Assembly: GCA_051294375.1 (NCBI GenBank)
Contig: CM119267.1
Span: 23,127,486-23,191,485, forward strand
Reading direction: 5' to 3'
Source of the DNA: Paraspadella gotoi
Taxonomy: Eukaryota; Animalia; Chaetognatha
Length of the DNA stretch: 64,000 nucleotides
Part shown: positions 38,015 to 51,290 of the stretch, one piece after another
How the letters are laid out: the number at the start of each line of letters is the position of its first letter
Position numbering within the stretch: the stretch's first letter is position 1
Translations under genes and position numbers: made by a program
The notes under the pieces: generated by a model
Told to the model about the DNA's origin: nothing
Databases searched by the model: none
What the model saw: the letters and a program-made list of their open reading frames with translations, nothing else

Positions 38015-41000
38015 ATGCCACAGGCTCAGAGCAAGAAGGACCCCGGCGGCGGGCCTCCGTCCGGCCGCGGCGGGGCGGGACCGAACGGTGCCACCATGAA
38101 GGTCGGCGACAACAACGCCAATAAAACTTCGCTCGGAAACGACGACTTTTCTTCCACAAAAAACGATCAGCAGCAGGGAAACTTGTTACAGCAACCGCCC
38201 ACGCCGTCGACGCCTTCTCAGTTCCAAGCGCCGCTGACTCCTTCCGCGATGCAGCAACCGCCCACACCTGGCGCGCCTTTGACCCCGGGCGGTGCGGGCG
38301 GCCATGGCGTGACGGCCGCTTCTCCCGCTACCGTCGACGTTCCGAGAACTCCTAAAACGCCGAACGCGACTGGCGGACCGTCCTCTCACCCTCCCGTCAA
38401 GCAGGAACCGATGGATCCTTTTAAAGCGGAACCGGGAGCGAAAAGTGCTCCCAACACGCCCACCTGTTCTGGAAATTCCACGTCGCACGGATCTGTATCA
38501 ATGATGAAATTCGAGCCAAAATTCGAACCGACCCCTTCGAGTTCTCAGATGTGCCTTTCCGGTTCAATGCTGAAGACATCTTCCCAAAACTCTGTCGCCG
38601 GCTCTTCTCAAGATCAAGGCATAACTTCGGGCTCCATGGGACAGGATAGCATCCATTCCCAACAGCAAAATATGTTGGGAAATACCGGTTTAATGTCGAG
38701 CGGTAATGACTCTTTGGCCAGTATTGAAGGAACTGTAACGAGTCTTCCTGGAGGCTTGCCGATCAAGTGGGAAATGGGAACCAACGCGCAACCCGGAATG
38801 TTACCGAATCAATCTAATTTGAACGATGGAATGGTGCCTATGGGTGCCTCAAGTTCTGGCATGAGCAATATGGAACACTCAATGCAACAATCATCGCAAA
38901 ACAATTTGCCATCACATCCGTTTATGCAACAAAATTCACAAATATTTGTTTTTTCAACCTCACTGGCTAATCAGGCTGCAGAGGCCGTCGCCTCCGGAAA
39001 CTTTCAAAGCATCATTGAGTTCCATTGCACGCAACCGGGAACGCAGCAGTTTCTTCAGAAACAACCATTAAGGCAACCATTAGGGATGAATCCTGGCGGA
39101 AACCAAGGAGTCAGTGGCCCACAAGCTCCTTTAGGCGCTCAGAATTCTGTGCGTCATTCCATGCAAACTAATATGGGCCCTAACTCTTTTATGGGTGCTA
39201 CACAAACGGGATCTCGTCTACCAAATCCGAGTTCGGTTGGTGGTCCTGGAACGAGTCAAATGTCAGGGCAACCGACAACTCCCTTATCTCCTAGTGCTTC
39301 CTCGGGAGGTTTTATTTCTCCTCGTCCGGGCACTCAAGCCTCTCCGTGGGGAGCTCAAAATTCTCCTATGATGCCTGGAATGGGAGGACCTCAATCAACG
39401 GCATCAGGATCGAATCCTCCGCGACAATCGACCCCGGGATCTACCGCTGGGTTTCCCAGCAGTCAAGCTGGATTCCACCCAGGGAGTGGACCCAGTCCAA
39501 ACCAACCACCAGATATCACCCACACTAAAGTTCCAAACGAAAATCTTACCCCTGAACAATTAGCGAGAAGAGCTGAGCAGCTTGCAAATTTGCGGAAAAT
39601 ACAGCAAATGCTTTTTCCTGAACAACAGCAATCAATGTCTCCTGGTCCAGCTGGAAATAATCCAGCTATGGGAGGCCCAGGTAGGCCCATTCCAGGGAAT
39701 CAACATCCGCAAGGTATGGGCCCAATGGGCCCCAACAATTCAGTTGGCCCAATGGGACCGAATGGGGGAATGAGTTCTAATGGCCCAATGGGCCCAAATG
39801 GCCCTATAGGACCTACAGGGCCAATGGGTCCTAATGGTCCGATGGGACCTCAAGGACCAATGATGCAAGGTCCAATGGGTCCCCAAGGTCCAATGATGCA
39901 AGGTCCTATGGGTCAACAAGGAACAATGATGGGACCAAATCAACAAACAAATCCCGCACAAATTGAGTGGTATAAAATGCAACAAGAATATTACCATGAC
40001 AAGTTTACTCATGGTCATCCAATGGGAGGACCAGGTGGACCTGGTGCTCCAGGGATGGGTCAGCCAGGCGGTCCACCTCCATATCCCGGAGCTCATGGAG
40101 GAATGCCAGGCCCAGGCGTACCCGGTCCTAGAGGATTTATGCCCGGTCCTGGGAATGTTGGCCCTGGGATGGGGCCCACAGATGTGCCTTTGCCTCCAGG
40201 TATTTTGTTTTGTAAATAGTTTGATTCTCTTTTTAAAGTTTTGCTAATTCGTTTAAATTTTTTTTTGTTAGGTGGGCCTGGGATAATGCATAGACAACGC
40301 GGCCCGTTTCCCAACCAGAATGGTTTGCCGGGACATCCTGGTGGCTACGGCCCGTGCGGACCTCATATGGTTCAAGGAAATGTAATGGGTCCTCACGGTG
40401 GCCCAATGGGTTGCAACCATCCTCATGGTCCTTGTCAGGTTAGTACCCATAGAGAGGGAACATAGAACAATTCAAAAATAAATTATTTATTAGTTAATTG
40501 AGACGACGGGAACACCGGGATTATAGAAATATGAAATGTAATATAATTATTATAGGGGAAAAAATACGATGTCCATTGTCCAGTGTTAAAAAAATGCTTA
40601 ATCCTTAATCATTTGTAGATTTAGGTTTATGTTGTTTATAAAACGTTTACTTTTTCAATGTTTATTGTCCATAACCAAAAGTTGATTTGATTTTTATCAT
40701 TTTTAGGGTGGAAACGTCATCATGGAACGCGTTGGTAATCCCGAGCCATTTATACCCGATGTTCCAGTGTCTTCTTCTGGTCCCACAGTTCCGACAACAA
40801 CTACGGGTGAGTAATCAAGTTTCGAGATGAGCAGTGAAAAAAGTTTTATTTTAATTTTTAACTCTAACACATAAAAATTATCACTGTCTCTTCAATTTTA
40901 TATTTTATTTTATTCAGGACGAAAAGGAACGAAACGACGACAGAGCAACAACACCTCCTCTGACAACACCTCACGTGGCTCTCTTCATGCCGTTCCTTCA

Positions 41001-43396
41001 CCTCAACAAATGCAATATCTCCAAAACTTTGAAGGCCAAGAACTCACAATTACGCGACAGCCAAATCCCTCCGCCGGTCCATTCCCGCCCGACGATGGAC
41101 CTACCATGAGCAGTTCCGGACCGAGTTCTACCACGTCTTCAAGCGCCAAGTCCACAACTTCCGCGATGGGTTCCCATCCGTCCGTTCCCGTAGGGTCTGT
41201 CGGACCCGGGGGCCCGAGTGGTCCGTGTGGAACTGGATCTTCCACCACAAACAATTCCTCTCGCCAAAGCGGAAACGATGCTTCCGCGCCCGGAGGACGC
41301 GCTACCCCCTCTTATCAGCAGCCAAAAACTCCAGGAACGCCCACAGTATCTTCTTCGATGCCCATGTTTAGTCCAGAGATGCCACCAGGTACATAACGTT
41401 TTAATATTATTTCACTAACAAATTTTGTCAAAAGAAAAAGTTAAATAAAGATAGGTTAAAAAACGGCATATAATTTAATGATGATATTTTATTGTTTTTT
41501 TAAAAAAATTTAAGAAAAAAAAACCAAAAGTTTAGAAATTTACTTAGTGTTTTTTCTCTTTAGGTTCACCTTCTGTACAAACTTCCGTTGCACCTTCAAC
41601 GTCATCCAGCACAAAAAGTAGCGTGACTTCGAATCTCACTTCTGCATCTTTAGCTTCAATGGCGAAAGGCATTGAAAATTTACCGGAGGGCCCGTCAGCG
41701 CCTGGTCCACCTACTGGAAGGGGTCGCGGTGGACCAAGACCTGGTACAGCGTCTGCTGATTTGATGCAGCTTAATTCAAAAGCGCGAGGCAAAGCTGCAC
41801 AAATGAAGGGAGTTCCTCCGGATTGGAGCAAAATGTCGCCCCAACAGCAGCAAGCTATGGCTGTCAATATTCCGATGAGTAATATGATGATGCCACCAAT
41901 GGGCCCTGGACCTCATGGAAATGTTAATATGGGACCTGGAGGCCCGATGATGGGTGGCGGATCAGGCCATGGACCTAACATGATGGGACCTCCTAATAAC
42001 ATGCCTAATGCTCAGAACATGCAGGGAAACATGATGCAGCACAACGACATGCAATTTGGTCTTCCACCCAGTAAAAGACAAAATTTTGGACCGAATGGAC
42101 CACCGATCGGTTCAATGAGTGAAGGAGGGCCATACATGGGAATGCCTCCAGGCATAAATAATCAAGATCCTAATTTTTCGCATGGTGGAAACGTACAAGG
42201 TTCGGTACCACATTCCATTCCTGGTTCACATCAAGGTCTTCCGATTAACAACACATATATTAATGCAACTATGTCTATTGGGCAAGTAAACATACAAAGT
42301 GTTCAACCTGGGCCAGGAGGCTTTCCTATGGGAGCACCATCAATGAATGCAAGTCAAATTAACACGTCCATGAGTCAGATGGGAACAGGGCCAAACATGA
42401 TGAATGCAAATATTTCAACGAGCATGAATGATCCAAATTCTCATCCTACTATGTCTCAGGCTCAGCAGGTAAACTGAGTTATATTATTTTTATGTCTAAT
42501 GTCTATTCTCTATTAAAAAAATAAGCTAACTCAAACTATCTTTTAAATAGGGCTCCAATACTTCGTCCACATCTTCATCGCAAGGAGGTGGTTTACTGAA
42601 AATGTGTAGTCCAATCATGAGCCCTAGCTTTGGACCTAATTCAGCGGGCAATGGAGGATTACCTGGAAACCCAATCAGTGGTCCGAATTCTGCCAATGTG
42701 AATCAAGCACAAGGGATTCAAGTCCAAAGCAAGGGCGCCAATACACTCCAGTACATGCCAATGCAAGGACAGAGCATGCCTCCCGAATCAGGAAGTGGAC
42801 CGAGTGAGATGGTTAACATGCCCCCTAACCCAGGAGGAAATGGTGGACCCGGAGGAAATTATCGTTTTGAACTAGATTTCATGCAAGGTTTTGCTGAACC
42901 GTTGACGAATCTGGAGTCAAAAGTACCTCAGGCGAAGCTACAATATTTTCCAAATAGCAAATCCGGTGTCTCTACCAACAACAGCACCATGACACAAACT
43001 GGTCCTCGGGCAACTGGCCCCTCAAGTATGATGAGTGGGAACAGCGCAATGACGCCACATGGTCCTAATGGCCCTCAGATGACAAGACCACCGGGAAATG
43101 GGAATCAAATGAACTTGCAAATTAATATGCAAATGAATCAAGGAGCAAGCAGTTCTTCTGGACCGAATGGTCCGGGGGGGTCGGGTACTGGAATGGGTAA
43201 TGGTGGTCCACCTGGTGGTTTTGGTGATTTTCAAATGTTTCAACAGCAACTTTACTCCACGAATCAGAGTGGATCTTCAAATGCAAACGGTCCTGGGTCA
43301 TCTGGAATGGGTGCAATGTCTGGTCCACCTGGTGCTGCAGCAGTGCCAGCTACAAGCGGACCTAACATGCAAAATATTCAACCAGGTCCTATTTAA
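38015..43396 (+). CDS. BCL9: BCL9/Legless Wnt-beta-catenin co-activator (about 6 coding exons)
   Basis: HD1 IFVFSTSLANQAAEAVASGNFQSIIEFH (Pygo-binding), HD2 ENLTPEQLARRAEQLANLRKIQQMLFPE (beta-catenin-binding), HD3-like AQIEWYKMQQEYYHDK, MQYLQNFEGQELTITRQPN; G/P/M-rich. Exons ~38015-40199, 40272-40438, 40708-40806, 40918-41387, 41563-42468, 42551-43396. Confidence 0.93.
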
Positions 43397-45246
43397 ATAG
43401 CTCTTGATTGAAGTTGCCCTATTCGCCCCATACATATAACTCAGGGAACAGTTGCAATTTGCGATGTAAAATTTTAGAGTTTATTTAAAAGTTGTTCAAA
43501 GTCTGTAAATCTTTTATAACCAAGAGTGGAGTATAAATGCTGTAAAACATAAGAATATGCGGGGGTTGTCATATGTTGCTTTTGTTTCTCGTTTTGCACT
43601 TTTTTCACAACGTTTGAAATCTTTAATTTCCTTCACTAATGTATCTTGTATTTTTGCTCAAATTTGCTACATATTATGAATTCATTCAATAGCATTAACA
43701 ACATTGACATTAACTATGTATTGAAGCTGTACAGTAATTTTTCACAACTGTTATTGTGTAAATTGTGTATAGTATTCGAACATATAAGTCATGAGAATAA
43801 ATTGGGTTTGTTAGCGCAGTTAATGGTATCGAACTGCTATTTCGAATTTTATGTGATATTTATATTCTGTAAAATTTCTGTAAATACAATTAAAAAAGCA
43901 AAAGCTGTATGATTGTTTTATATTTTTGTATTTAGTGATATGGTTTTGAACATATAACTATAAGCATGCTTGATTCGTTAAACGATAAGAATTTGATTGT
44001 TTCTTTGATTACCCCTAGTCCCAGAGTTGTTTTGTTTCTGGTGTTTGAACCATGTACAAAAAAGCTAAGATTTCTACTAGCTGCTCACAAGGGCAAGTCT
44101 TCCTCGCGAGATTCCCAGCGCAATTTAAGGTTAAATCGAGAACGGATCCTTTACATCCACAGACTAGTCCTACAAAAAAATTTCAGGAAAATCGTTTTTA
44201 AGTTGGAACTTGTTTAGATTTTTGCTTCAAATATTATGTTGACTTAGGAGTTCAGCGTTATTGTATTGTTTTCTTACATCATTTCAGCAATAACTATTTT
44301 CAGAACGTTATTTACGGTTATATTGCATGATTTTGATTGATTGTGGTTTTTCATTACCAAGATTTTTGATTGTTTTATTTAGTGTTAGACTTGTATATTT
44401 TCACCGAATAATTATTTGAAAGATTAAAACACAATCATTCATACAGATATTGTTACTAAGTTTGTTATGTACATTGCAAAATAAAATATTGTCTCAAGGT
44501 TTGACTTTTCATTTCATCAAGGTAGAACGTGTAAATTTAACACAAGAACAAGAAAAAAAAGTTTTCGCACATTTTACCTTCTTTGCGTCCTGAGTCTTTC
44601 TAGGTCTACTTACAATTAAATCTTTTTGCTATTTTTATCGGCGTGAAGAAAATGCAGCGTAATGACAATGCGCCGAAAGATCGAGCGTTATCATATTGAT
44701 TTTACAGAAAGGGCACGAGTGATCAATCGTTGAATTTAAGTTTAAGCGGGAGTAGCGCAAGGCCATTTCCTCGTCAAGATTATATCTAAATATTTATATT
44801 GTTATAAATATTCATACGAACTTCTGTAATGGAAGTTGTCAGTTTTCACTTTTTTTAAACGAATGGCATGTATGTATTTTATTGACGCCGATCCAGACGA
44901 AAAGAATAATTTTTAAGCGCTAAAAATATAAGGATATATACCAAGAAAGATTTCGACGCTTTCTTCACATGTAAAGTTTTGTTTTCATTTATTTCATTGC
45001 ATGTTAGCGGAAAAAAAAACATCCAAATAATGATTTATTTCAGAGTTTCTCCGTAGAGATTTTTAAAAAAAACAGAAAAGAGATAGAGATAGTAAATAGC
45101 GATTTTGCCTTTGACGCCAGCGCGGTCGATGGCTGCAATGTCTCCTTCTGGCTGACGGGACTAGAGAGAATTGAGGCCCCTCACGGAACGAAGAAAAAGA
45201 TTGCGGCTGAAATCATAGTCGGGCAAAGACCGGACCCCTTTCCAGC

Positions 45247-46170
45247 ATGGTGCGACAAGCTCAGTTCGAGATGTCGAATATTGCGGCGATGCTGGCGGTT
45301 GCGCTGACGTTGGCGGAGGTGGGCGTTGAGCGCGTCGACGCCATCCACGAGTGCGACTCCCTATTTGTTAGCAACGTGTTCCGATGCGCGACGGACAAGA
45401 ATCTCTGCCTCTCAACTACCGACGTCGTCTGCAGAGAACCGCTGCTCAACGGCATCTATGGTGAGTGGCTGAGGGTTGCAAATTTATTCCATCAAGATGT
45501 TATACATACATTACATTATACATTATATACTCCATAGTTTTCGCTTTCCCAGTTACGAACGACGAACCTGTATTTGACCACCCACCCCACCCTCCTGATA
45601 TGAAGAAATCTTTATTTTAGCGTTACAGATATAAGAGTTAAAATATGAATACTTTTTACATATATTTAGGGTAATATTGTGTGCTAACTCATATCTGTCC
45701 TTTTGTAGCAGATTAATTTGTGATAACAGAGATACCCCTCTGTTAGACTTTTTGTTAAAAAATATGACGTGTAGATATTTGTAAGATGGAGTACGGAATA
45801 TAATTGAACAATAAAAGACATAAAATCAAGCATTCGACCGTATTTTTTTTTCAACGTCCCCCTAAAATTTCTTCCCAACCTCTGACCCGCGTTCTCTACC
45901 CCGCGTTCTCTACCCCCTTTTGTAGTTCAATGCCCCGACTCATCGAACCAATGGCGCGGACTCTGCAATCGCATCTGCTACACGAGTAAGTCGAGTATGT
46001 ATCACTAGATCCATTTCACTTTTATAGGCGCTAATATTTATATGTGTGTGGGTCTCTCTCTCAGGCTTCCGAATTAGCCGTGGTTTCCGTTGCGGCGACG
46101 GTCGATGCATCACCGACTTCATGCGTTGGTGCGACGGAAAGGTGGACTGCCCCAACGACGACGCCGACGA

Positions 46171-46229
<59 letters not shown>

Positions 46230-46525
46230 GGGAGGAGAATTTCCGACAGACGGGGAAAGAAGGGATATCCTACACTTAGTTTAAAAATTGTTAAATGCCA
46301 TTGCTTCAGCAATATTTCGTGAGAATAACTCGTCAGATTCAGCACCCACATTTGTTTTCTTTTTCTTTTTTACTTTTTATCTTTTCGAACTTCTCTTTCC
46401 TTTTTTTTGACTTTTTTCATTAAGATGATAATTTTTTTCTTCTTTTGCGTGACCGAGTTTAATCTATACTGTAAAACGCGAGACGGAAATGAAAACAAAA
46501 TAAAATCTTTCCTTTTCTCTTCATT

Positions 46526-46560
<35 letters not shown>

Positions 46561-47000
46561 ACCGTCCCCCCATTAAGGCCTACTGCAACTGCACGGCCCG
46601 CCCCTCGGACTGTCGGCACTGGGCCACGGACTCGCACCGGACCTTCGTCTCGTCCCAGTACCTCTTCCGGCGCGTGTTCGCTCCGCTGGGCTTCTTCGTC
46701 GTCGTCCTCGTCTTCTGGAAGTACTACCGAACGCTGAAACTGCGGCAGCAGCTGGCGTCGCTGCACGGCCGCGGAGTCGAGACGGGCGGCCTCTGCGATC
46801 CCGACGCCGTCTACGTGGGCGGCGTGGAGGAGATCGAGAGGCGGCGTCGATTCGCCGGCGTCGTTGATGAGGACGGGGCGCCGTTCGTCGCCGCGGCGCC
46901 GGGGGGTCAGGGCCCGCCACCGTATTCGTCTACGGACTTTGGGCCGCCGCCGTACCCGCCCGACGGGAGCGGAGAGCCGCCGCCGTACCAGGTTCTTTAA
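45247..47000 (+). CDS. Single-pass LDL-receptor class A domain protein with a cytoplasmic PPxY cluster (LDLRAD-like, 4 exons)
   Basis: Exons ~45247-45460, 45927-45985, 46065-46171, 46579-47000 are phase-compatible. Signal peptide, LDLa module FRCGDGRCITDFMRWCDGKVDCPNDDADEAYC, TM VFAPLGFFVVVLVFW, three PPPY motifs. Confidence 0.85.
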
Positions 47001-47029
47001 TGGAATGGTGAAGAGACATAATAATTGTT

Positions 47030-47208
47030 AGGGACTGCTTACATTGAATGTTTCTATCACAAACTCATGAGCTTCGGATCAGGCTGTAACGCCATGTTAC
47101 AGGCGGGTTAAGCGCCTCGTCACTCTTACTGCTCGACGGCCACCGGGCTAGAACCCCGGACCTTTTGGGTTGGAAGGCGAATGACTTGCCTTCTGAACCA
47201 ATGACAGC
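47030..47208 (-). mobile_element. tRNA-derived SINE-like repeat / tRNA(Gly)-like pseudogene head
   Basis: Minus strand GCTGTCATTGGTTCAGAAGG (A-box-like)...CTTCCAA (anticodon-loop-like)...CCGGGGTTCTAGCCCGG (T-arm/B-box), followed by a ~110-nt body. D and anticodon stems are degenerate. Confidence 0.6.
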
Positions 47209-48565
47209 TATGAACGGTTGGTGGATTGTAAACCACCAAAATGTAATTATTGTTTGTGTCTCGATAGTTAACAGCCTTTTTTTAAGTAATCGTAATGTCT
47301 TACTAAATGACTGACATTTTTACGTCACTAGGAATTCGTCCCACCTCCCGATCCCGCGGATCTGCGAGTGCGTCTACCGCCTATCGTCTCGCCTTCGGGA
47401 CTCGATTTGCCTCCGCCCCCGTCTTACGACAGCGTGGCGGCGAAGCCTAACAAAGACGACAACTGAAGACCGGATCTTTTCTCTCGCTCTCTCTCTCTCT
47501 CGCCCTCTCTCTCTCTTTCTCTCGCTCGCTCTTTCTCTCTCTTTCTCTCGCTCTCTCATATTAAGGATGATACAAACGCTCTTGATGGCGTTACTCGCAC
47601 TCCCTCAGTCAAGACGAAAAAACCCACCTGTCTGTCATTATTTTTTCACTCTCTATCGATTTTTCTTCCATTCATTTATAAAGCGACTACGAAAATTCGA
47701 AAGCTAAACAAACGGACAAAGAAAAACGCTTGGTAGTTTGGGAGACATTTGTTTTTGGGGTCTTTTTGCTCGTCGAACGCGCGTGGGTCTTGACCGCTTT
47801 TTCTCCGAAACTTGAGACCTTTTTCGCTTTAATTACAACTATTATATTTATTATTAAGGGTTCTATGAACTTCATTCCAAGATGACGCGTTAATTTGGTG
47901 TTTTTTTTCTCTCACTTTCGACGCTTGAACTTTTTTCGTGTGTAAATATAAGTATCTTGTTTTTGTTTCTGTTTCTGTTTTTTTTGTTTGTTCGTATTCT
48001 CCTGATCCTTCTCACAAGTTAGATTGTGATTTCTTTTCTCGTGTTTTGTCTTCAAATGAATTCGTTATCGTTTAGACTCTAGAGGCGCCGCGATCGTGAC
48101 TAGTCACCATCGCCCGCCTCCTTTTCCCTTCTTTTCTCTTTTGTGACTTTGGCCGAGGCGGACATCCGGCTAGGCCTCAGATGCCTGCCCCCCCCCTCTC
48201 TCTCTTTCGCCGTGGAAAAAAATATTCCCAAAAATAAAATTTGCGTTTTCTCAATCGTTTCTCATTTAGTTTTCAAATTGATTTGTTCGTAATCTTAATT
48301 TAAACTGGTTTTCAAAAATAATGTACCGAATTTAAATAATACATTAGCAAATTATTCTTTAGAACACCGGAGCTTTCCTAAATCGTTATTCTAAAACCAT
48401 TTATATATGTATGGGCTTTCTTAACTTGATTAGGTGTTCGCGTTTTTGAAGATGACGTTAATGGATCCATTAACGCGGGAGGTTAAGAAAAATTGAGAGA
48501 TTTTCATTGTACAAAAAAAACTCCGATTATTATAAAAGTAATAATAAAGAAACGACCACGAGGAA

Positions 48566-51290
48566 ATGTCGACCCCGGCCAAAAAAACCCCAGGAAAGAC
48601 GCCTTCCCTCTTGGCCCAGTATGACGACGTGGTCCGAAACGCCCGCGCCCTCTGCCGCGGCGATGAGGACGACTTCGTCGCCGTCCTGCGGCGCCAGGAA
48701 GAGGCGCGGAAGCTGTGGCTGGCGCTGCATGAGGAGCACGATCGGTGCGAGAGCGCAGTGGCGACGGCTCGGCGCGAGAACCTCTCCCTGGAGACGCAGC
48801 TCAAGCAGGCTCGGTTCCAGATCGAGCTGGAGCTGGAGAAGCGAAAGCGGGCCGAACGAGAGCGGGACGCGTTGGAGCGACAGATCGGTTTCGTGCGGGA
48901 GCTCCTGGTGGACAAGAAAGACAACTCAATCGTCAGCGAAGTCGATCGAGAGAAATTGATTCCGGTTCTAAATTCCACCTACCAGTCGCCGGGCGGCGGA
49001 AGTGGCTCGGGATCGCCAATAAAGCGCCTCTCCTCCGCCGGAAACAGCGCCGTCGGCCACTCGCCGCTGCACCTCGGTCAGGGCGGACCGCCGCCGTCAC
49101 GGGGCACTCCCAGACGGGTGCTCGACACGATCGACGAATCGTCCAACTCGATTCTCGACGACGACATCTCCTACGACAAGACGTTGGAGGACGGACTGGA
49201 CGAGGGAGGCGGAGGCGGCGGGCAGCCCGTCTCCAACGTGACCGTTAGACAGAGATCAGGCAGAAAGTCGGGCCGGCGCAGCAACAAGAGACCATCTGCG
49301 CCCTTGTTGGAGGATATTGAAGTGAAGGTGTGTTGAAAAGGGGGTTTCCAAACGGGATTCTTATTACGTTTTACTTTGATAGTTTATGTTACTTACGATA
49401 ATATGATTATTGGGGAGTGAGTCTATTCTAATTTTCATATTGTGTTAACGTCGAAAATATTTATATTTTTTAAACTAAACCAAACAATTTATAAGCGATG
49501 CAGCTGATAAAGGCATGAGAAAGCTCCTTATAATCAAAGCGTCTCTTAGTAACATAGGACTCGCCTTGCCATATCTGCAATACATTTTAAATTACGCGGG
49601 TTTATTTTTTTGTTCGTATAATTTCATAACGCTATTTTCAATCTATTTATTTGTAAATATAACTCTTCCCCAATCGCTCCTTGTCGTAAACTATATAACA
49701 TTCACGCTCTTACTCCCACAGGTCCGCAAAAGCTACGAGGGCGAAAACGCCGAACCCCCATTAAACTCGCCCCCTCCTCGTCCGGTGCCGGAACAAGACG
49801 GGTTCCCTACGCCCCGCCTGGCCAACCATCGCGCCTCCTCGGCCATCCTTTCCACGCCTTCCACCGCGATCCTCTCGCCTGGCAAGAGTCTTCACCACCC
49901 ACACGTCTTTGTCGAGAAGACCATCGTGCGCATGGAAATGTGCGTGCCCTGCGGCAAGCGAATCACTTTCGGCAAGACGGCCAGCAAATGTCGCAACTGC
50001 CGCTCCATTTGTCACCCCGAGTGCCGGCGCCTGGTTCCAGTGCCTTGCGTCGCCTCCGGCGCCGCCACGCCCAAAGGCGCCGCGGGTGACTTTAAGGGAT
50101 ATCTGGCCGACTTCGCCCCGAAAGAGCGACCGCACGTGCCGGGACTTGTTGTGCACTGCGTCAATGAGGTGGGTTTCGGGAATTCGAGTGTCTGCTTTAT
50201 GGCAAGGGTTAATAAATCCATAAATATGGCCTCATTAGTTCGGGTTAAGCCTGTGTTGGATGTCCAATGGACGCAAAATTCGTTTAAAACAGAAATTTAA
50301 GCCAAACATAAACAATAAATAAACATCAAACATCAGGTGGAAGCTCGCGGCTTGACTGAGGCCGGCATCTACCGTGTCCCCGGAAGCGACTCCCTCGTCA
50401 AGGATCTGCTTCAACGCTATCTCCGCGGGAAGGGCACGCCCAACTTGGGCCGCGTCGACGACGTCAACGTCGTATGCTCCCTTCTTAAGCACTTCCTCCG
50501 CCAGCTGAAGGAGCCGGTCACCACTTACGCCCTCTGGAGCACTTTCGTGAAGGTAGAGTAGTTGTCGTCGATTGATTGTCATGAAAATGCTAATGTTTTT
50601 TCTTTTTGCCTCCTCTGTCCAGGCCTCCGAGTCTTATCGCGCGGGTCGACTCAGCCAGGCCGTCAACGCCGTGCAAGAGGCAGTGGCCCGCCTGCCCACC
50701 GCCAACCGCGACACCTTAGCCTTCCTGCTGTTGCATCTGATCCGCGTGGCCGAGACGCCCGCGACGCGGATGCCGGTGCACAACCTGGCCAAGGTCTTCG
50801 GCCCCACGCTTGTCGGGTACTCGTCCCCCGAGCCGGAGGCGCTGCAGATGTTGAACGAGCCGCGGATGCAGGCCGACGTATTGGAGATGCTGATGGCCGG
50901 GATCGGGCCGGCTTTTTGGGAGGGCATCGTCAGGGCCGACGACGCCTCGTGGATGAGTTACGACGGCGCCGCGGTCGAGGGTGGGGGTTTCGCGGCGGGG
51001 TAGGTGAGGGAAAAGGGTTGCTTGTACCAAGCGGGCTCCAGGGGGGAGCTTCGGTTAAAATTGTGAGCCATGTTAATTATAGTTGCTGCAATAGCAATTT
51101 TAAGTATATATATCATAAAACTATCTAATTCTTCTCAAACTTAATTTCTCCCGTAATCTTCAGCCGCGGCGGAGTTCCGCCGCCGTCCTACGACGCTGTC
51201 GTGAAGACGCCGTCCCGTCGGCGCAGCATCAGGGGCGACGGGGCGCCGCTCTACCTCAAAGTGCACAGCGCCTCTCCGGTTTTCCAGTGA
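48566..51290 (+). CDS. RACGAP1: Rac GTPase-activating protein 1 (MgcRacGAP/CYK-4, centralspindlin; 5 exons)
   Basis: N-terminal coiled coil (LETQLKQARFQIELELEKRKRAE), DISYDKT, C1 domain HVFVEKTIVRMEMCVPCGKRITFGK, RhoGAP [23 protein letters not shown] and NLAKVFGPTLVGYS; ends SASPVFQ*. Exons ~48566-49328, 49722-50168, 50337-50551, 50623-50999, 51164-51290. Confidence 0.95.

Noticed and set aside
39700-39940. GPMGPN collagen-like triplets
   Set aside because: Part of the low-complexity G/P/M region of BCL9, not a collagen gene.
47136-47208. Functional tRNA-Gly gene
   Set aside because: D and anticodon stems do not pair and a SINE-like body follows, so it is treated as a tRNA-derived repeat.
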